Shown here: piece after piece, positions 47,891 through 53,604 of the stretch
Layout: each line of letters begins with the position of its first letter
Numbering within the stretch: the first letter of the stretch is position 1
Source of the DNA: Candidatus Curtissbacteria bacterium
GTDB taxonomy: Bacteria; Patescibacteriota; Microgenomatia; Curtissbacterales; GWA2-41-24
Assembly: GCA_016183325.1 (NCBI GenBank)
Contig: JACPEV010000016.1
Span: forward strand, 1-53,604
DNA: 53,604 nucleotides
Direction: 5' to 3'
Translations under genes and position numbers: made by a program
Notes under the pieces: generated by a model
What the model saw: the letters and a program-made list of their open reading frames with translations, nothing else
What the model was told of the DNA's origin: nothing
Databases searched by the model: none

Positions 47891-47898
47891 AGCTTTTT

Positions 47899-49035
47899 AT
47901 GCAAAAAAAATGGCTGCCCACATTCATATTTCTTATTCTGTTCTTAATTTCTGGCTTCCTGGCTGCGCCCAAAGTTTTTGCCCAATCAAGCGTCGAAAGA
48001 TATAATGAAATTCAAAAGCAAATTGAAAAGACCCAGGCCAAGATTTCCGAGCTCCAGGAAACTGAAAGAAATCTTTCCCAGCAAATTTCCCTAATCAACA
48101 CCCAGATTCGGCTCACTGAGCTTAAAATACAGGAGGCTCAGGCCAAAATTGACCAGCTCGAAAAAGAAATCAATGTTTTAGGTTTTAGAATTGAATATAT
48201 ATCGGAATCTTTAGAAAAACTTCAAATCCTCATAAAAAAGCGTATCATTGTCACTTACGAGCAAAGTTTCATTTCCAATCTGGAGCTGATGCTCACCTCA
48301 CGGGATTTTTCTGATTTAATCCTGCGATTCCAGTACCTTAAACAAGTTCAGGAAAACGACAAGCGACTTTTTTTAAGTATGCAGCAAACTAAAACTGAAT
48401 ATGCCAACCAAAAAGACGACCGCGAGACAAAACAGGCACAGATTCTTGGCATCAAAAAACAGCTGGATGCAAGCGTCGCGCTTTTAGATCACCAAAAGAA
48501 AGAAAAAGACAACTTTTTAGCGGTAACTAAAAACGACGAAGCAAGCTATCAGGAAGAGCTAAAACGCCTACAGGCAGATGCCGCTTCTATTTCCCTGGCA
48601 TTAGGAAATGTTGGGGCAAGAATTGGCACTGTCGCAAAAAGCGATATCATTGCCTCGGTTGGTTCAAGCGGTTGTTCAACCGGCCCCCATCTTCACTTTG
48701 AAGTATTCACCGATGCCAAAGTCGAGGACGGCAAAATTATCGGTAATCGCGTCGATCCTAAACCCTATCTTGACGATGGCAAATACGAAAAGCCGGTTCC
48801 CAATTATCCTGGCAATGTCACAACCTGGTACGGCGAAGTTTATTTCTTAGGAGTTCACACGGGCATCGATATTGCCAATTCTTTTGGCACGTCAATTAGG
48901 GCCATCGATGGGGGAGAAGCTTATTTCACGCAAGCTCCCTGCAGCTACAATATCCCCGGCGGCACTCCTCTTGGCAAAGGTATCGTCGTCGACCACAAAA
49001 ACGGCCTCGTCACCCTCTATTGGCACATACCCTAA
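47899..49035 (+). CDS. coiled-coil + circularly permuted M23 peptidase (EnvC/CwlO-like FtsEX partner)
   Basis: Signal peptide, long coiled coil, then STGPHLHFEV ahead of HTGID...Y.H. Confidence 0.85.
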   Translation: MQKKWLPTFIFLILFLISGFLAAPKVFAQSSVERYNEIQKQIEKTQAKISELQETERNLSQQISLINTQIRLTELKIQEAQAKIDQLEKEINVLGFRIEYISESLEKLQILIKKRIIVTYEQSFISNLELMLTSRDFSDLILRFQYLKQVQENDKRLFLSMQQTKTEYANQKDDRETKQAQILGIKKQLDASVALLDHQKKEKDNFLAVTKNDEASYQEELKRLQADAASISLALGNVGARIGTVAKSDIIASVGSSGCSTGPHLHFEVFTDAKVEDGKIIGNRVDPKPYLDDGKYEKPVPNYPGNVTTWYGEVYFLGVHTGIDIANSFGTSIRAIDGGEAYFTQAPCSYNIPGGTPLGKGIVVDHKNGLVTLYWHIP

Positions 49036-49043
49036 AATGTTCG

Positions 49044-49098
49044 CAATCACCCTCATCACCCTTATCTTCCTAATCCCCCTTATTTCCCTCATCACCCC
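49044..49098. repeat. nonamer tandem array
   Basis: About six units of cct(c/t/a)atc(a/t/c)(c/t). Confidence 0.7.
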
Positions 49099-49156
49099 AA
49101 CGAATTGATTGAACAATTACGTACTCGCCGAAGTCCGTCAACTGACGGACTGAGGA

Positions 49157-49186
49157 TACCACGACTGTTTAGTCGTGGTAGTTCAT
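49157..49186 (+). mobile_element. IS200/IS605-like end hairpin (non-autonomous remnant)
   Basis: taccacgact-gttt-agtcgtggta followed by gttcat. Confidence 0.45.
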
Positions 49187-49187
49187 T

Positions 49188-49241
49188 GAGGTCCGACCTC
49201 CCAAAAAGCTTCAGTGACGCCTTTTATAGAGGTCGGACCTC
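49188..49241. repeat. inverted REP-like pair
   Basis: gaggtccgacctc ... gaggtcggacctc (exact reverse complements). Confidence 0.7.
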
Positions 49242-49254
49242 TTAAATAAATTCC

Positions 49255-49381
49255 GTAAGAGGTTAGTTTTCTTCAGTGATCGTCATGCTGGAGCGTAAGC
49301 GATAGCATCTATGAGATTCTATCAGTCTCCGCCAGCTGGCGGATCCTTCCAGAATGACACCGGGAAGAACTAACCTGTTAC
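49255..49381 (-). mobile_element. ~125-bp MITE-like element, copy 2, with 8-bp target duplication
   Basis: Reverse complement of 29807-29929; taaattcc at both 49247-49254 and 49382-49389. Confidence 0.85.
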
Positions 49382-49428
49382 TAAATTCCTCGTTGACAAA
49401 ATTCGCCAAAACCCCTATTTTCTCTCTA

Positions 49429-50295
49429 ATGTTTAAAATTCATCTTCTGACAATATCATTTGCTATTATTCTATTTTTAATCTTTACCCCACAGGTATTA
49501 GCTGCTGGTCTTGTCATAAATGAGTTTGTCTCAGACACTGCTGGGACAGCTGCCGATCCAGATTGGGTAGAAATGTACAACAGTGGTTCAGAGTCAGTTG
49601 ACTTGTCTAAATACCGTTTAAGGGATAACACCGTAACCAATAAATTGGACTTGACGGGCACGATTGAGCCAGGAGGCTTTGCCGCTTTTGATTGGTCGAA
49701 TAGATTAAATAAAGACGGTGACCTAATCAAACTCGTTGAAATAGTAAACGAAAGTAATCAAATTGATCAAGTAGCTTACGGGAACGAAACCGGTGGAGAA
49801 GTAGGTGCCCCGGAGTCTGGACAGTCAACTGGTCGCCAAACTGACGGAGCAGCAACATGGGTAATTTTTTTAAGTCCAACAAAAGCTTCAAATAATAGAG
49901 GAGCGATTGTAGTCCCAACCCCATCGCCAACTCCCACACCAACACCCGTCCCAACTCCTTCTCCAACGCTGTCCCCTACACCGTCGCCTAAATCTTCGCC
50001 CAGCCCCAGTCCCACCCCCCAAAAATCACCAACCTTAAAGCCTAAACCCTCACCCACTCCATCATCTGCAGAATCCCCCCAAGTTCTTGGCCAAACCGAT
50101 CAATCCTCTCCTGCTCCTTCACCGGATCAAAAACAGCAAGACCAAAACAACCAACAGCAAAACCAATCACCATCACGAATCAAAATTGCCGGCACCCTCG
50201 CTGGTTCAGGTGCAACCTTAATAGGTGCCTCTTTTGGCTTCTACCTGTGGTATAAAAGAATACTGGGGCAAAAAACTGATGAGGAAAAAAGTTAG
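49429..50295 (+). CDS. lamin-tail-domain surface protein with Pro/Thr/Ser linker and C-terminal anchor
   Basis: Signal peptide; VINEF...DWVEMYN...VDLS.Y.L.D; PT repeats; TM plus basic tail. Confidence 0.85.
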   Translation: MFKIHLLTISFAIILFLIFTPQVLAAGLVINEFVSDTAGTAADPDWVEMYNSGSESVDLSKYRLRDNTVTNKLDLTGTIEPGGFAAFDWSNRLNKDGDLIKLVEIVNESNQIDQVAYGNETGGEVGAPESGQSTGRQTDGAATWVIFLSPTKASNNRGAIVVPTPSPTPTPTPVPTPSPTLSPTPSPKSSPSPSPTPQKSPTLKPKPSPTPSSAESPQVLGQTDQSSPAPSPDQKQQDQNNQQQNQSPSRIKIAGTLAGSGATLIGASFGFYLWYKRILGQKTDEEKS

Positions 50296-50656
50296 AGAAA
50301 GAGCCATCAGGTGGCTGCCGCCTTTTTTATGGGCAATAGTCATTTTCGCACTTTCATCGATTGAGCAAATTGCCACCAGTCGTGTTTTCGTCTGGGACTT
50401 TTTTATCAAAAAATTTGCCCACGTTTCAGAGTATGCTGTTTTATTTGGTCTTATTTATCGCGCAACCCACGGCAATTGGATTTCAGCGTACGTTTTGACT
50501 ATCATTTATGCTGCGACAGATGAGTATCATCAAAGTTTCGTGCCGGGTCGAACTGCAACGTTTTTAGACCTTGGCATTGATTTTTCTGGTGCTAACATTG
50601 CTGCTTACTGTTTATGGAAATTAAATCAGATACGATCCAAAAAACCCAAAAAATAG
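50279..50656 (+). CDS. VanZ family membrane protein
   Basis: K.AH..EY and [11 protein letters not shown] motifs. Confidence 0.9.
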   Translation: MRKKVRERAIRWLPPFLWAIVIFALSSIEQIATSRVFVWDFFIKKFAHVSEYAVLFGLIYRATHGNWISAYVLTIIYAATDEYHQSFVPGRTATFLDLGIDFSGANIAAYCLWKLNQIRSKKPKK

Positions 50657-51069
50657 CTCACGATTTGGCAAAAACTCTCAAAGGGGGCGATATAGTAGCT
50701 CTTTTTGGCGATCTTGGAGTTGGCAAAACTACTTTCGTGCAAGGGTTAGCCGTCGGACTTGGCATCAAAAAAAGAATTCTCTCACCAACTTTTGTCTTCA
50801 TACGCTCTTATCCATTAACCATTAACCATAAACCCGCTTCGCCCGCGAAGCGAGGCGAGCCATTAACCTTTTACCATATTGATCTTTACCGAGGTGAGGG
50901 AATCAACGATTTCCAAGATTTAGGTCTTGACGAACTTTTTGGCAATGATGCGATTGTTGTTTTAGAATGGGCCGATAAAATCAAAAATAAACTTCCCAAA
51001 AAAAGAATTGATGTTACCATCGAAACAGTCGATGAAACAACAAGAAGAATCAAAATCCAACGCAGATAG
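50614..51069 (+). CDS. tsaE: t6A biosynthesis ATPase TsaE
   Basis: GDLGVGKTT, SPTF, HIDLYR and EW motifs. Confidence 0.95.
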   Translation: MEIKSDTIQKTQKIAHDLAKTLKGGDIVALFGDLGVGKTTFVQGLAVGLGIKKRILSPTFVFIRSYPLTINHKPASPAKRGEPLTFYHIDLYRGEGINDFQDLGLDELFGNDAIVVLEWADKIKNKLPKKRIDVTIETVDETTRRIKIQRR

Positions 51070-51664
51070 GGTCGGACGCGCCAATATTAGTAAAGCAGCT
51101 CAAGTTCTAAAAGCCGGCGGCATCGTCATTTTTCCTACAGACACCGTCTATGGCATCGGCTGTCGCTATGACGACCCAAAAGCCATCGCTCGTCTGCGCC
51201 AGGTCAAAGGCACACCAAAATCTCAAAATTTTCCAATTTTAGTATCAAGGATCAGCCAAGTCAGAAAGCTTGCCAAAATCGTCCCTCTTGCCCAAAAATT
51301 AATTAAAAAATATTGGCCGGGCGCACTAACCATTATCCTTACCGGCTTGTCTACCTATTCCAACCCCGGCTTGAAACAGCTTCACAAGCCGGGGTTACCT
51401 AATAAAATCGGCTTCCGTATGCCAAACTCTAAATTAGTATTGGCTTTAATCCAAAAAGTCGGCGTCCCCATTGTCGGTACTTCAGCAAACTTTCATGGCC
51501 ATCCGACCCAAAGCTCATACAAGCAGTTAGATCCAGAATTGATAAAGCTTGCCGATTTTGTTATCAAAGGCCAATGCCAAAAAGGTATTGAATCAACCGT
51601 TATCGACACTACCGTCAATCCGCCCAAAATCTTGAGACAAGGAGCAGTACAACTAATATACTAG
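51032..51664 (+). CDS. tsaC: threonylcarbamoyl-AMP synthase (YrdC/Sua5)
   Basis: FPTDTVYG, WPGALT, TSAN, STVID and LRQG motifs; start uncertain. Confidence 0.92.
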   Translation: MKQQEESKSNADRVGRANISKAAQVLKAGGIVIFPTDTVYGIGCRYDDPKAIARLRQVKGTPKSQNFPILVSRISQVRKLAKIVPLAQKLIKKYWPGALTIILTGLSTYSNPGLKQLHKPGLPNKIGFRMPNSKLVLALIQKVGVPIVGTSANFHGHPTQSSYKQLDPELIKLADFVIKGQCQKGIESTVIDTTVNPPKILRQGAVQLIY

Positions 51665-51682
51665 TATATTAGTAATCGGAGA

Positions 51683-52003
51683 ATGATTTTAAGAATTGAT
51701 TCAACTGAAAGAGAAAAAGTGATAGTTGAGATAGTTGATCCTCAGTCCGGCAAGTCAGATAAGTTAGTTCAAGAACAACATCTTGGTTCTCAGGTCTTAC
51801 TTCCGATGATTGTTAAAATTTTAAAAAAGAACAAGCTTGATTTTTCCGATTTAACCGCCATTGAAGTTAATCCCGGCCCTGGTTCTTTTACCGGCACCCG
51901 AGTCGGTGTCGCCATTGCCAATGCCTTGAGCTATGCCCTAAACTTATTCGTAAACGGCAAAAAGCAAGAAGAGCCTATCTATGAAAAGTCCAAATTCGAC
52001 TAA
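51683..52003 (+). CDS. tsaB: short TsaB (N-terminal domain only)
   Basis: IDS and GPGSFTGTRVG...ANAL motifs. Confidence 0.88.
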   Translation: MILRIDSTEREKVIVEIVDPQSGKSDKLVQEQHLGSQVLLPMIVKILKKNKLDFSDLTAIEVNPGPGSFTGTRVGVAIANALSYALNLFVNGKKQEEPIYEKSKFD

Positions 52004-52535
52004 GTTTTGGAAAACTATAAGAAAACAAATAGTCTACAGGGATAAATGGCACAATCTAAGACGGGATATTGTCATAAAACCAGATGGTAAAAGAGGTGTT
52101 TACAGTTTTTTGGACCATGGTGACGGTGTTGCCATCGCGGCCCTAGAAAAAGACCAAATATATCTTGTTAAGGAATGGAAATATCCCGTTAATCAAAAAG
52201 TCTTGACTGTTATTTGTGGTGGCATAGAAAAAGGCGAGTCTCCGCTTGAAAGCGCCAAAAGAGAACTCCAGGAAGAAGCCGGCCTACTAGCCAAAAATTG
52301 GCAATCTCTCGGCTACTTTTACACTTCTCCAGGGACAGTTTCAGAAAAAGCATTTGTCTTTCTTGCGACGGCTCTTAATAAAATAAAAGCCACTCCAAAC
52401 CCGACAGAGCATCTTGAAATCGTCAAAATCCCCTTTAAAAAATCCCTAGAGTTGGTAATGGAAAGTAAAATTACCGACTCCTACGCCGTTGCTGCTATAT
52501 TAAAGACATACAAGTATTTACAAGAGTCCCAATGA
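51981..52535 (+). CDS. NUDIX hydrolase (ADP-ribose pyrophosphatase-like)
   Basis: GGIEKGE...AKRELQEEAG and SPG motifs. Confidence 0.9.
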   Translation: MKSPNSTKFWKTIRKQIVYRDKWHNLRRDIVIKPDGKRGVYSFLDHGDGVAIAALEKDQIYLVKEWKYPVNQKVLTVICGGIEKGESPLESAKRELQEEAGLLAKNWQSLGYFYTSPGTVSEKAFVFLATALNKIKATPNPTEHLEIVKIPFKKSLELVMESKITDSYAVAAILKTYKYLQESQ

Positions 52536-53452
52536 AAATTTTAGTTACCGGTGGCGCCGGTTATATCGGATCGGAAATCACAAAATTGCTTTTGAAAGCA
52601 GGCCATGAGGTTGTCGTTTTGGATAATTTGTCTCACGGATTTGTAGAAAATGTCCCCAAAGGCGCCGAGCTAATTGTAGGTGATATGCGTGATCGTAAAA
52701 AAGCAAAACAAGCGCTTGCCGGTGTTAATTGCGTCATCCACATGGCAGGTCTTATTGTCGTTCCAGAATCTGTCAAAGATCCCATTAAATATTGCGACAA
52801 CAATGTTTTGAGAACAGTCAGCTTTCTTGTGGCAATGAATGACGCTGGTTGCAAAAAGATAATTTTCTCATCTTCCGCTTGCGTCTACGGCACTTCGGAT
52901 AAACTTCCCATCAAAGAAGATGCACCGCTTAGGCCGGATAATCCCTACGGCGCAACCAAAGCGTCGACTGAAGCATTTTTGCAAGCCTTTCATGCTTGCT
53001 TCGGATTTGACGTTACAATTCTTCGCTACTTCAATCCTTATGGCCCCGGCAGGATGCACGAACCCATCACCCATGCCATCCCCAATTTCATAAAAGCAGC
53101 TCTTGCCCAAAAACCCTTACCGCTTTATTGGAAAGGGGAACAAATTCGCGATTTTATTTATATTGAAGATCTTGCCCAAGCCCATATCGACGTTCTTAAT
53201 CTTTCTGGTTTTAACATTTTTAATCTCGGCTCCGAAACCGGCATTAAAATTAAAGACGTTGTCGACCTCATTTTTGAAATCCTTGGATACCGCGTGCCGA
53301 TTGCCGATTTAGGGGAAAGGAAAGGCGATGTTCATGCCAATTATGCAGCCAGCGACAGGCTCAAAAAAGCCGTCGGCTGGCAACCCAAAGTCGACTTACG
53401 CGAAGGCCTAAGGCGCACAATTGATTACTACAAAAGCCAACCGAAATCTTAA
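52532..53452 (+). CDS. galE: UDP-glucose 4-epimerase-like NAD-dependent epimerase
   Basis: GGAGYIG, VPES, SSSA, YGATK and RYFN motifs. Confidence 0.85.
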   Translation: MKILVTGGAGYIGSEITKLLLKAGHEVVVLDNLSHGFVENVPKGAELIVGDMRDRKKAKQALAGVNCVIHMAGLIVVPESVKDPIKYCDNNVLRTVSFLVAMNDAGCKKIIFSSSACVYGTSDKLPIKEDAPLRPDNPYGATKASTEAFLQAFHACFGFDVTILRYFNPYGPGRMHEPITHAIPNFIKAALAQKPLPLYWKGEQIRDFIYIEDLAQAHIDVLNLSGFNIFNLGSETGIKIKDVVDLIFEILGYRVPIADLGERKGDVHANYAASDRLKKAVGWQPKVDLREGLRRTIDYYKSQPKS

Positions 53453-53567
53453 TCAAAAAATTCTGCTGTCTTGACAGCCTATTTTTAACTTTGCTAGTTT
53501 ATTGCCGATGTTCAAAACTGTTTGCCTTTTAGCTTTTACAGCTGGATTTGTATTTTATACAGTTACA

Positions 53568-53604
53568 ATCAGTAATGTCTGGGCCCAAAGTAATAATTTT
53601 GTCC
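53568..53604 (+). CDS. possible 5' part of a gene at the right edge
   Basis: A TTGACA-18-TAGTTT promoter (53471-53500) precedes MFKTVCLLAFTAGFVFYTVTISNVWAQSNNF, a signal-peptide-like ORF starting at ATG 53508 and open to the edge; only the last codons are marked. Confidence 0.3.
   Translation, partial: MSNVWAQSNNFV

Noticed and set aside
49910-50065. C-rich tandem repeats
   Set aside because: They encode an ordinary Pro/Thr/Ser linker of the lamin-tail protein.
1-53604. prophage, autonomous transposase or integrase; alternative genetic code
   Set aside because: No such genes were recognised, and conserved genes end normally at TGA (for example secA and greA).

Overview
This is an AT-rich bacterial chromosomal window. 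Gene content and protein style suggest Patescibacteria/CPR, probably Microgenomates-like (inference; TGA is used as a stop). From left to right it holds: a cobalamin-riboswitch-like leader with DUF4430/DUF6580 genes and a PduO adenosyltransferase; a CsoR-regulated copper cluster (cupredoxin, CopA, CopZ, TauE/DsbD-cupredoxin) followed by lit-lgt; lon, a K+-independent H+-PPase, tRNA-Glu, a HisG-like orphan, greA, two M49-like peptidases, lysS, two HD proteins, serS and secA; an ~11.5 kb variable region between secA and prfB; then prfB, ftsEX, a circularly permuted M23 protein, tsaE/tsaC/tsaB, a NUDIX gene and a galE-like gene. Three observations stand out. (1) Four extra, synonymously diverged copies of the secA 3' end lie downstream of secA and separate small cargo blocks (hypothetical gene, 99-bp repeat, VapBC, small CxxC ORF), a cassette-like array with no integrase in the window. 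(2) A GAF-ANTAR/glnA/amtB module has a canonical ANTAR dual-hairpin RNA in the glnA leader and is bounded by direct and inverted repeats. (3) Many families of short palindromic and 7-9-mer repeats are nested in each other, in MITE-like shells, in a tRNA fragment, and in frame inside PduO, CopA, LysS, SecA, TsaE and TsaC.
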